A stretch of 64,000 nucleotides of DNA from Planctomycetota bacterium (GTDB lineage Bacteria > Planctomycetota > PLA2). The stretch lies in contig JAJFFF010000044.1 of the NCBI GenBank assembly GCA_021776785.1, positions 150,578 through 214,577 on the forward strand. The letters are read 5' to 3'. The translations under genes and the position numbers were made by a program. The notes beneath the pieces were generated by a model. That model was given only the letters and a program-made list of their open reading frames with translations. It searched no databases and was not told the DNA's origin. Below, piece by piece: positions 19,162 through 27,738 of this stretch (positions are counted from its first letter, which is position 1; the number at the start of each line of letters is the position of its first letter).

Positions 19162-19412
19162 TGAAGTCCTCCTGTAGCGTTTGCGTCTTATCGAACGCGT
19201 GATCTATCGCAGCATGTGTGCCAACGGACAAACCTCGATTCCAAGCGGTTTTTTTGGCAGGGGTCTGTCGAATCGACAAGGCGGAGGGCTGTCATCGCGG
19301 CAGGATTTCAAGTTGGGCGGATTCTGGAAACGGAGTACGCCCCCGCCGACGCGCAGCCGATAGTCAGGGGGTAGCCCCTGCGACGACGGGTCGCGCGGGT
19401 GAGGAGGCCTTC

Positions 19413-20510
19413 GTGAAAATCTTGAACGTCGTCGGTGCGCGCCCCAATTTCATGAAAATGGCGCCGCTGGTCCGCTGCTTAGAAGCGCGCGGAATCGAGC
19501 AAAAGCTCATCCACACGGGTCAGCACTACGACGACAACATGTCGAAGGTGTTTTTTGACGACCTCGGCATGCCCGCGCCCGACATCTACATGGGCGTCGG
19601 CTCGGGATCGCACGCGGAGCAAACTGCGCGCGTCATGGTGGAGTTTGAAAAGGTCTGCCTGGAAGAAAAGCCGGACTTGGTCGTCGTCGTGGGCGACGTG
19701 AACTCGACCTTGGCTTGCAGCATCGTCGCGGCCAAGTTGTGGATCCCCGTTGCGCACGTCGAAGCGGGCCTCCGCAGCCGGGACATGAAGATGCCCGAGG
19801 AAGTTAACCGCGTCGTGACCGACCGTTTGACGAGTCTTTTGCTCACGCCCTCGCCCGACGGCGACGAGAATCTCATCGCGGAAGGCGTGTCCAAGGACAA
19901 GATCTTCTTGGTCGGCAACATCATGATCGATTCGCTACTCGCCAACGTCGAGCGGGCGAAGAAGAGCACGATCCTCGATGAACTCAAGATCGCCCCGAAG
20001 TCGTACGGCGTGCTCACGCTGCACCGACCGAGCAACGTGGACGACAAGGAAACGTTGATGCGCCTGCTCAAAGTGGTGCACGAGATCGCGGACGAGATCC
20101 CGATCATCTTCTCGTGCCACCCGCGCACGGCGCAACGTTTGGACGAATTGGACGAGTACAACGCCATTCGCAACACGGGCGATGTCCGCATCATGGGGCC
20201 GCTCGGCTACCTCGACTTCATGCGCTTGGTGTCGCAGAGCAAGATCGTGTTGACGGATTCGGGCGGTTTGCAGGAAGAGACGACCGCGTTGCAGATCCCG
20301 TGCGTGACGCTGCGCGAAAACACGGAGCGACCGATCACGGTGACCGAAGGCACGAACACGGTCGTGGGCACAGACCCCGACAAGATCCGCGCGGCGGCCC
20401 GCAAAGCATTGGACGGCAACATCGGCGACGCCAAGGTCCCGCACCTGTGGGACGGAAAAACCGCCGAACGAATCGTCGACGTGTTCCAGAAGTGGCACGC
20501 GGGGCGCTAA
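19413..20510 (+). CDS. wecB: UDP-N-acetylglucosamine 2-epimerase (non-hydrolysing)
   Basis: ORF 19218-20510 trimmed to GTG 19413, which is preceded by GAGGAGG. VKILNVVGARPNFMKMAP and HVEAGLRS motifs. Confidence 0.9.
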   Translation: MKILNVVGARPNFMKMAPLVRCLEARGIEQKLIHTGQHYDDNMSKVFFDDLGMPAPDIYMGVGSGSHAEQTARVMVEFEKVCLEEKPDLVVVVGDVNSTLACSIVAAKLWIPVAHVEAGLRSRDMKMPEEVNRVVTDRLTSLLLTPSPDGDENLIAEGVSKDKIFLVGNIMIDSLLANVERAKKSTILDELKIAPKSYGVLTLHRPSNVDDKETLMRLLKVVHEIADEIPIIFSCHPRTAQRLDELDEYNAIRNTGDVRIMGPLGYLDFMRLVSQSKIVLTDSGGLQEETTALQIPCVTLRENTERPITVTEGTNTVVGTDPDKIRAAARKALDGNIGDAKVPHLWDGKTAERIVDVFQKWHAGR

Positions 20511-22228
20511 CCCCCACCTACGCGCCACATCGCGACATCGCGCGCGGTTCCAGGTTCCGGCATGAGAGCGGCGGCCCACGCTTCGACGAGGCGCAGCGGC
20601 GTTTCGCTTCCGAGATCGACCACGACCACGCGCGGAGGCACGGGGACTGACTCTAAGGCCTTGCGAAGTCTCACGACATCGTCTGGGAACGTGTCGCGCC
20701 CGCGGCGCTTTCTTTTTCTCTTCCGCTCTCGCTCGTAGGTGCTCCACTCCTCATCGAACGCCACAAACAGGAGCTCGGGTTGATCCTCCCGGAGCCAGTC
20801 CGTGAGCCTTTTCGCATTTGCATACGGCTCCGCGCGCAAAGACCGAGTCGAAAGATTGTGCGACGACCCGGTCGCCCGATTCACGGCGGTCCGCCACCAA
20901 ACAGCGCCTGCGCTCTTTCCTCGAACAAACGCCCGTTCGTCGTTCACCCAGATGCTGATGCGCTGGGGGCTCTCTTTGAGCCATTCCTTCACCAACGCGT
21001 CCCCATGGCTTCCCGACACCGACTTCGAGGTCGCCGCCAAAAGTCCCGAAGCCGACTCAGGCATTTTCTCAGCGGCCGTCGCAGGCGACTCGTTCAGCGG
21101 CGGGTCGCTCACGAAAAACGGACGCTTGTCCACCCAGGCATCTCCCTGACGCTGCAAAAACTCGAGGAGATCGCTCCACTGAATCTTGCCCAAACTGGCG
21201 GCGAGCCGCCGCATGTCGCGCGCGCGCAAACACGCCTCGAGCTCGTCCCCGCCGAGGTACGCGAACGCCGACAACGCAAGCGGGTAGTGCAGCCACGTGG
21301 CGCGGGAAAACCCAAACCGGTTGAGCTGCACCCAAGGATGCAACGTCCCCTTGGGCAGCGCACCGCGGCGATGAAACTTTAGAACTAACCTCCGCGTCCA
21401 TCCCAACTCGCGCCGCATCCGCGCAGGCGGAATGTGGAGCGAAACGTCGTTGGGCTCGGAGAACTCCAGGTAGCCGGCAAGCCCCTCTTCGACAAACAGG
21501 TACGGCGTGTGAATCCCCCAGCGATGGAGCAGAGCGTGCGCAAGCTCGTGCTGAGCGGTTCGGACGCGGTTCGCGCCGAAGACGTTCGTGTCAACGAACG
21601 CCATTTCGTCGCTCGGATAGTAGAGACCGACCGTGCCGGGGCGCGGCGGAAGGTGTGGAAACAATCCACGTCCAAGGTCCTTGGCAAACACGAGGTCGGT
21701 CCCGGGCCCAACCTTTCCGCCAAACAACTTGTGCCAAAACAACGCGAGGTCGTGATAGCGCTGCGCGTCGTCTTTCGTGACGTTTCCTTCGGGCGCCCAA
21801 ACGCGGAGCCAGCCGTTGTCGCGCGCCGGCGTGACGAGTCGAAAGGACTCGAGGTCGCGCCGCGGCTTGGTCATGACATCGCGCGCCGCGTCGGGCCACT
21901 CCAACATCGCCTCGTCGAGTGCGTCCGCATGAAGTCGCGCGCGAAGGAGGGCGGGCAGGGCGCTCTTGAGCGGGGTCCCCGCCGCGCGGGCCTGACGAAA
22001 CTCGGTTCCGGCTCGCAAACGCCGTTGCAGCGGCGACCCGGCCGGCTGCCGCTCGGCGTCGGTCGCCGCGGGATCGACCGGGGCCACGCGCCGGCGATCC
22101 CGATCGTCGCCTGTGGGGCGCGTGCGCGACCGCGACGAGTGCACGGCGTCCGCCGGCGAAGCGTCGTGTAGGGCCCACCAGATCAGGCCGCCGGCCAGAG
22201 CGCCAAACAGGATCAAAAGCCGACTCAT
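20507..22228 (-). CDS. Secreted or membrane-anchored hypothetical protein with HExxH metalloprotease-like motif
   Basis: 573 aa. N-terminal hydrophobic segment MSRLLILFGALAGGLIWWAL and a TAQHELAHALLH motif. No further family recognised. Confidence 0.5.
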   Translation of the reverse strand: MSRLLILFGALAGGLIWWALHDASPADAVHSSRSRTRPTGDDRDRRRVAPVDPAATDAERQPAGSPLQRRLRAGTEFRQARAAGTPLKSALPALLRARLHADALDEAMLEWPDAARDVMTKPRRDLESFRLVTPARDNGWLRVWAPEGNVTKDDAQRYHDLALFWHKLFGGKVGPGTDLVFAKDLGRGLFPHLPPRPGTVGLYYPSDEMAFVDTNVFGANRVRTAQHELAHALLHRWGIHTPYLFVEEGLAGYLEFSEPNDVSLHIPPARMRRELGWTRRLVLKFHRRGALPKGTLHPWVQLNRFGFSRATWLHYPLALSAFAYLGGDELEACLRARDMRRLAASLGKIQWSDLLEFLQRQGDAWVDKRPFFVSDPPLNESPATAAEKMPESASGLLAATSKSVSGSHGDALVKEWLKESPQRISIWVNDERAFVRGKSAGAVWWRTAVNRATGSSHNLSTRSLRAEPYANAKRLTDWLREDQPELLFVAFDEEWSTYERERKRKRKRRGRDTFPDDVVRLRKALESVPVPPRVVVVDLGSETPLRLVEAWAAALMPEPGTARDVAMWRVGGG

Positions 22229-22344
22229 CGCACTTCAGTATGTCACCGCTGCGCAGCCCGTTTCCGGGATGGACCGGAATTGCGCAGAATTCCGCGCAGG
22301 TTTAGCTGGCCGCGGCCAATCTGCCGATGCTAACTAGTAAAGCT

Positions 22345-23190
22345 ATGCGTGTTCTTGTGACTGGAGCCGCCGGCATGCTCGGCGGCGAATTGATGCGTTC
22401 GCAACCCACGGGGATCGATGCGGTTCCGTCGTCGCGGGCGGACACCGATCTGGCCGATGCCGGTCAGGTCGCCGAGCTCTTCCAAGATCGGTTCGATGGC
22501 GTGATTCACGCCGCCGGCTACACGCGCGTCGATGACGCGGAGAACGATGAGCAAACGGCGTATCGCGACAACGCGGAAACGACCCGCGAAATCGCCGCTG
22601 CGTGCGCGAAAGCCAATATTCCGCTCGTGGTCGTGAGCACCGACTTCGTCTTTGACGGCGACCGCGACGAACCCTACGGCATTGACGCGACGCCGAGTCC
22701 GCTCGGTGCGTACGCGCGCACGAAGTTGGCGGCGGAGCGCACGGCCATGGCGATTCATCCGAAGGGAACACGGATTGTGCGCACCGGTTGGCTCTATGGC
22801 CGCGGTGGGCGCCACTTCCCCGGCCGGATTCTCGAGCTGGCGAAGAGCCACGACGAACTCAAGGTCGTTGACGATCAGCGCGGCTCCCCCACGTCAACCG
22901 TCGAGCTCGTGCCGGCGCTCTACGTGATCTTGGAGCAGGGCGAACCGGGCGTGTATCACGCGACGTGCGACGGGTCCGCGACCTGGTACGACCTGGCGTG
23001 CGCGACGCTTGATTTCGCAGGCGTCACGAGCACGCGCGTCGTGCCCTGCCGCACGAGCGAATTTCCGCGGCCCGCTGAGCGCCCGCGCAACAGCACCTTG
23101 GATTGTTCGCGTTTGACCGCCTTGCGCGGACGGCCCTTGGCGCCGTGGCGCGACGCGCTGCACGCATTTTCGCGCGAGGATTCGGCATGA
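22345..23190 (+). CDS. rfbD: dTDP-4-dehydrorhamnose reductase
   Basis: MRVLVTGAAGMLGG Rossmann N-terminus. ATGA overlap with rfbB. Confidence 0.85.
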   Translation: MRVLVTGAAGMLGGELMRSQPTGIDAVPSSRADTDLADAGQVAELFQDRFDGVIHAAGYTRVDDAENDEQTAYRDNAETTREIAAACAKANIPLVVVSTDFVFDGDRDEPYGIDATPSPLGAYARTKLAAERTAMAIHPKGTRIVRTGWLYGRGGRHFPGRILELAKSHDELKVVDDQRGSPTSTVELVPALYVILEQGEPGVYHATCDGSATWYDLACATLDFAGVTSTRVVPCRTSEFPRPAERPRNSTLDCSRLTALRGRPLAPWRDALHAFSREDSA

Positions 23191-24203
23191 GTGAAACACT
23201 TCTCGTCACGGGCGGCGCCGGATTCATCGGCGCGAACTTCATCCGCACAATCAGCGAGCTGCGCCCGACGTGGCGAGTCGTGACACTCGACAAACTGACG
23301 TATGCCGGCAACCTCGACAACCTAGAGGCCGTCGAGCACACGTTTGTGCACGGCGACATCGCCAAACGACCCGACGTGGACGGCGCGCTCGCCAGCGCGG
23401 GTACGGGCGCGATCGTTGTTCACTTCGCGGCCGAGAGCCACGTCGACCGCTCGATTCAGGACGGGGCGCCGTTTTTGCACACCAACGTCGTCGGCACACA
23501 GGTGCTCTTGGACGCGGCCCGCGCACACGGCGTGAAACGGTTCGTGCACATTTCCACCGATGAGGTGTACGGATCCTTGCCGGAAGGCGAGTTCCGCGAC
23601 GAGAACGGAACGCTCAATCCCAGCAATCCGTACTCGGCCAGTAAGGCCGCCAGCGATCACCTGGTCGGCGCCGCCGTCAACACGCACGGCATCGATGCCG
23701 TGATCACGCGCTGCTCGAACAACTACGGGCCGTATCAGTTTCCCGAAAAACTGATCCCGTTGATGATCGCGAACGCGACCAACGATAAGACGCTGCCGGT
23801 CTACGGCGACGGCTTGCACCAACGCGACTGGATTCACGTCCGCGACCACTGCGAGGCCGTCTTGGCGGTTCTCGAAGGCGGGCGCGCGGGTGAGATCTAT
23901 AACGTGGCGGGCCGAAACCACATGACGAATCTCGACGTGTTGCGCTTCTTGCTCGGCGCGCTCGGCAAACCGGAGTCGTTGATCCGCCACGTGCAGGATC
24001 GGCCCGGACACGACCGCCGCTATGCGCCGGACGACCAAAAGATCGAACGCGAACTCGGCTGGAAGCCGCGGTTTTCGTTCGACGAGTCGATGCGCGCCAC
24101 GATCGAGTGGTATGGACAAAACGCGCGCTGGGTAAAACGCGCTCTTTCCGGCGAGTACCGCCAGTACTACGAAGAGCAGTACGGCGAGAGACTCAAGGCG
24201 TAA
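23187..24203 (+). CDS. rfbB: dTDP-glucose 4,6-dehydratase
   Basis: ORF 23103-24203 trimmed to ATG 23187 (MSETLLVTGGAGFIGANF). YSASKAASDH catalytic motif. Confidence 0.9.
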   Translation: MSETLLVTGGAGFIGANFIRTISELRPTWRVVTLDKLTYAGNLDNLEAVEHTFVHGDIAKRPDVDGALASAGTGAIVVHFAAESHVDRSIQDGAPFLHTNVVGTQVLLDAARAHGVKRFVHISTDEVYGSLPEGEFRDENGTLNPSNPYSASKAASDHLVGAAVNTHGIDAVITRCSNNYGPYQFPEKLIPLMIANATNDKTLPVYGDGLHQRDWIHVRDHCEAVLAVLEGGRAGEIYNVAGRNHMTNLDVLRFLLGALGKPESLIRHVQDRPGHDRRYAPDDQKIERELGWKPRFSFDESMRATIEWYGQNARWVKRALSGEYRQYYEEQYGERLKA

Positions 24204-24209
24204 CCGATC

Positions 24210-25088
24210 GTGACGCGCAAGGGGCTTATTTTGGCGGGCGGGTCGGGCACACGCCTGTATCCGATCACACGGGCGACGAGCAAGCAGCTGTTGCCCGTCT
24301 ACGACAAGCCGATGGTGTTCTATCCGCTGTCGACGTTGATGCTCGCCGGCATTCGCGAGGTGTTGGTGATCACGACGCCCCGCGACCGTCCGCAGTTCGA
24401 GGCGTTGTTGGGCGACGGCGCGCAGTGGGGTATGGAGTTTCAGTACGTCGTGCAGGACGCGCCGCGCGGATTGGCGGACGCGTTTCGTGTCGGCGCCGAG
24501 TTCGTCGGCGACAGCCCGTCCGCGTTGGTGCTGGGCGACAACATCTTTTTCGGGCACGGGCTCTCGAGTCGGCTCCAACGCGTGTCGGCGCAAGAAAACG
24601 GTGCGACCGTGTTCTCGTACGCGGTGCGCGATCCGCAGCGCTACGGCGTGGTGGAAGTCGATAAAAACGGCATCGCGCAATCGATCGTCGAGAAGCCGAA
24701 GGACCCGAAGTCCAATCTGGCGGTCACGGGTCTGTACTTTTACGACAACGAAGCGGTCGCGATCGCGAGAGACCTGAAACCGTCGGCGCGAGGCGAGTTG
24801 GAGATCACGGATCTCAACCGTCACTACCTGGAGCGCGGAACGTTGCACGTCGAACCGCTGGGCCGAGGCACGGCGTGGCTCGATACGGGTACGCATCAGT
24901 CGTTGCTGCAGGCGGCCAACTTCATCGAAACGGTCGAAGCGCGCCAAGGCCTAAAGATCGCAAGCCCCGAAGAGATCGCGTGGCGGATGAAATTCATCGA
25001 CGACGCGCAGCTCGAAAGTTTGGCGGACGAACTCAAAAAAACCGAGTACGGTCGCTACCTCCAAGAGCTTCTAAAAGAAACGAACTGA
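24210..25088 (+). CDS. rfbA: Glucose-1-phosphate thymidylyltransferase
   Basis: [16 protein letters not shown] signature; 292 aa; GTG start. Confidence 0.9.
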   Translation: MTRKGLILAGGSGTRLYPITRATSKQLLPVYDKPMVFYPLSTLMLAGIREVLVITTPRDRPQFEALLGDGAQWGMEFQYVVQDAPRGLADAFRVGAEFVGDSPSALVLGDNIFFGHGLSSRLQRVSAQENGATVFSYAVRDPQRYGVVEVDKNGIAQSIVEKPKDPKSNLAVTGLYFYDNEAVAIARDLKPSARGELEITDLNRHYLERGTLHVEPLGRGTAWLDTGTHQSLLQAANFIETVEARQGLKIASPEEIAWRMKFIDDAQLESLADELKKTEYGRYLQELLKETN

Positions 25089-25089
25089 A

Positions 25090-25638
25090 GTGAAGGTCAC
25101 CGAGACCAACCTCCCGGGCGTGTTGTTGATCGAACCGCAGGTGTTCGGAGACGAGCGCGGGTTCTTTACAGAAACATACCGCTACGAACGCTACGCCGAA
25201 CACGGCATCACGCACAGGTTCGTCCAAGACAGCCTCTCAAGATCCAAAAAAGGGACGCTGCGCGGCCTACACCTGCAATGGCCCAAGAGCCAAGCGAAGC
25301 TGGTGTACGTCCTGGACGGCGAAGTCTTCGACGTCGCGGTAGACGTAAGAGTAGGCTCCCCAACATTTGGAAAGTGGACCGGCCACACACTGAGTGCGGC
25401 GAACCACCATCAGCTCTACATCCCAGAAGGATTCGCGCACGGGTTTCAAGTGACGAGCGAGACGGCGCTGTTTGCGTATAAATGCACGCACGCGTACGCG
25501 CCGGAATGCGAGGTCGCGATCGCGTGGAACGATGATGCGTTGGGCATCGCGTGGCCCAACCGCGCGCCCGAATTGTCCGACAAGGACAAGCACGCGCAGC
25601 GGCTGCGAGACATCGATCCGTCGCAGCTGCCGAGCTAG
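25090..25638 (+). CDS. rfbC: dTDP-4-dehydrorhamnose 3,5-epimerase
   Basis: 182 aa. FGDERGFFTE and RGLHLQ motifs. Confidence 0.9.
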   Translation: MKVTETNLPGVLLIEPQVFGDERGFFTETYRYERYAEHGITHRFVQDSLSRSKKGTLRGLHLQWPKSQAKLVYVLDGEVFDVAVDVRVGSPTFGKWTGHTLSAANHHQLYIPEGFAHGFQVTSETALFAYKCTHAYAPECEVAIAWNDDALGIAWPNRAPELSDKDKHAQRLRDIDPSQLPS

Positions 25639-26939
25639 TGGCGCGCGTCGAACGACACGACTTGGTGCCCCTCGACAACTTCGACAACGCCCAGTTTCCG
25701 CAGCGCCCGGCGCGGTTTCGGAGGGAACATGGGCTGCTCCAACTCGTGAAGAGCGTATCGACCCGGCCGAATCGCGCCAAATCGCACGCAGCCAGGCCAC
25801 ATCACGAGGCCTCGCACACGCTCATCCGGTGCATGCTCGTTTGCGGCCACCACCTGAGGTTCCCCCGCATAGCGACCTGGATTGAAGTGAATCTCGACAA
25901 ACGCAAGTGGTCCTAGATCCGGGTGAATGGACCAACCCTTTTCGTCGCGCACGCGCGCGCCGTCGATTCGTACACGTTCGCGATTCATGAACGAAAACTC
26001 CGACTCGGCACCCACGAAGATGCTGTGAAACTGCGGATTCATCCACGTCGCCTGTCCTGTGTTGGGCACAAACAGGACCGATGGCTGCAATGTGATTTCT
26101 CGGACACGCCAAGCGCGGGGCCATGAAATTTTTGGGTACCGCAACCGGACGCGCATCGCACGCGCCTTGGCGGGTACAAGGAGTAGTTCATCGCTCTTGG
26201 GCCATTGTTCCAATCGGAACCGCGAGGGCGTGTAGGTCTGCGGATCGTAGCCAGGAATCGAAACGGCCGCCGGACGAACTGTGGGTCGTGGCGATCTCGC
26301 CTTGACGACGCGAATGAGCTCTCCCGGGCCCGCGGCCGGGTTGAAATTCATGCGCCGGAGAATGTAGCGATGCACGGCGTTGGAGCGCAACTCGTTGGGC
26401 GACCAAAACGACTCCGCGTTCTGTTGCACACCGAAATCAAACCCAGCGATCGAAACATAGGGTCCAGCCGTCGAACGAAGTGTGACCTTCTCGTACTCGA
26501 GGTCATGGCAAGTAAGGCTGAGCGGGCCTTTCGCGCGGTCCTCGGTGCTCAAGCTGCGTTGCGCCAACTGCCCGGGAGCGAATGCGTAGACTTGATAGTG
26601 CGCGGCCTCCGGCAAGTGGCGAAACTCGAAGCGTCCCTCGGCGTCGGACTCGGTCGACAACTCGCCGTACTGGTCATCCGAGTCGGGGTGGAAACCGGCG
26701 GGTAGACAAAGCACCGTCGCCTGCGAACGAAAACCATGGAGACGCCCGACAAGTCGTTCGGAACCTCGGTACGCACGACGCCATCTCTTGCGGACTTGCT
26801 CCGGCGTCACCGGTTCGGCGATTCGCCGGACACGTGGTTCGCTGGTGTCAGACGGACGATTGGCGACGCGCGCTTGCGTTGCCGCGACGAGCAACGCGCC
26901 CAAGAGAACGCTCACGCCAACCCAGTGAATAACTCGCAT
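25635..26939 (-). CDS. Secreted hypothetical protein (carboxypeptidase-regulatory-like beta-sandwich segment)
   Basis: 434 aa with signal peptide MRVIHWVGVSVLLGALLVAATQA. The DAEGRFEFRHLPEAAHYQVYA segment resembles CarboxypepD_reg folds. Confidence 0.5.
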   Translation of the reverse strand: MRVIHWVGVSVLLGALLVAATQARVANRPSDTSEPRVRRIAEPVTPEQVRKRWRRAYRGSERLVGRLHGFRSQATVLCLPAGFHPDSDDQYGELSTESDAEGRFEFRHLPEAAHYQVYAFAPGQLAQRSLSTEDRAKGPLSLTCHDLEYEKVTLRSTAGPYVSIAGFDFGVQQNAESFWSPNELRSNAVHRYILRRMNFNPAAGPGELIRVVKARSPRPTVRPAAVSIPGYDPQTYTPSRFRLEQWPKSDELLLVPAKARAMRVRLRYPKISWPRAWRVREITLQPSVLFVPNTGQATWMNPQFHSIFVGAESEFSFMNRERVRIDGARVRDEKGWSIHPDLGPLAFVEIHFNPGRYAGEPQVVAANEHAPDERVRGLVMWPGCVRFGAIRPGRYALHELEQPMFPPKPRRALRKLGVVEVVEGHQVVSFDARH

Positions 26940-26998
26940 GGACCCCTCCCTGAAAAGAGGCGGGCCTTGCAGCCCGCCCCTTGGCTCCTTCGATCTTC

Positions 26999-27595
26999 TT
27001 AACCGCCCGGCATGTATTCGAAGTTGTAGTCCTCAAAGCAGTTGGTGGCGGGATCGAGCACGACAAAAAACGTCAGGCCGCGCATCCACTCCTCGGCTGT
27101 AATCGCCGCAGGGATCTCTTGGTAACTCGCCGGTCCAACGGGCGGAATCTGGCAGGCGGGACGCCAAAAATCGCCGTATGCGGAGCCTAGGTGACCGACG
27201 CCGCCGGACAGCCCGGTGCCCTGGTTCCTGAGCCACCGCTCGTACAGCTTCCGGAAGTGCTCCACCGCCGCGATCGCACCGTCACCGGTGTGCGCAACCG
27301 AATTCGCCGTTTGACCACGAGGGCGATACGTGTACAGCGACTGCGCGCCCGGATTGACTTCAACCCAGAACGCGAGATACGGCCCGGTTCCGTCAATTCC
27401 AATATGCGCGCGGCTGGAATTGTTCGCGCCGCTCGGCGTGGCCCAACATATCTGGGCGGAAGAGACGCCTGCCAACATCGTGAAGTTCGCGCGTTGCGCC
27501 GGGGGAAACGTCGGTGTGTTGGCGAGCGAATCCGCGATGATCACGCCGAGCGCCAACGTCGAGATGGTCACGATTAACCAAGTGTTTCTTTTCAT
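26999..27595 (-). CDS. Secreted hypothetical protein
   Basis: 198 aa with an N-terminal signal/anchor MKRNTWLIVTISTLALGVIIA. AAGGAGGA Shine-Dalgarno upstream. No family recognised. Confidence 0.5.
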   Translation of the reverse strand: MKRNTWLIVTISTLALGVIIADSLANTPTFPPAQRANFTMLAGVSSAQICWATPSGANNSSRAHIGIDGTGPYLAFWVEVNPGAQSLYTYRPRGQTANSVAHTGDGAIAAVEHFRKLYERWLRNQGTGLSGGVGHLGSAYGDFWRPACQIPPVGPASYQEIPAAITAEEWMRGLTFFVVLDPATNCFEDYNFEYMPGG

Positions 27596-27738
27596 TCCAA
27601 GTCCTCCTTACGTCGTTTTTTCCGTCACAGTCACTCTGCGACATGAGGGACATTCCCCGACGGACCGGAATCGAACGCGGCGACTCGGAAATTTTGCGTA
27701 CTCGTGGTGGCCCGGGCTCGAACGCTACACTCTGGGCG

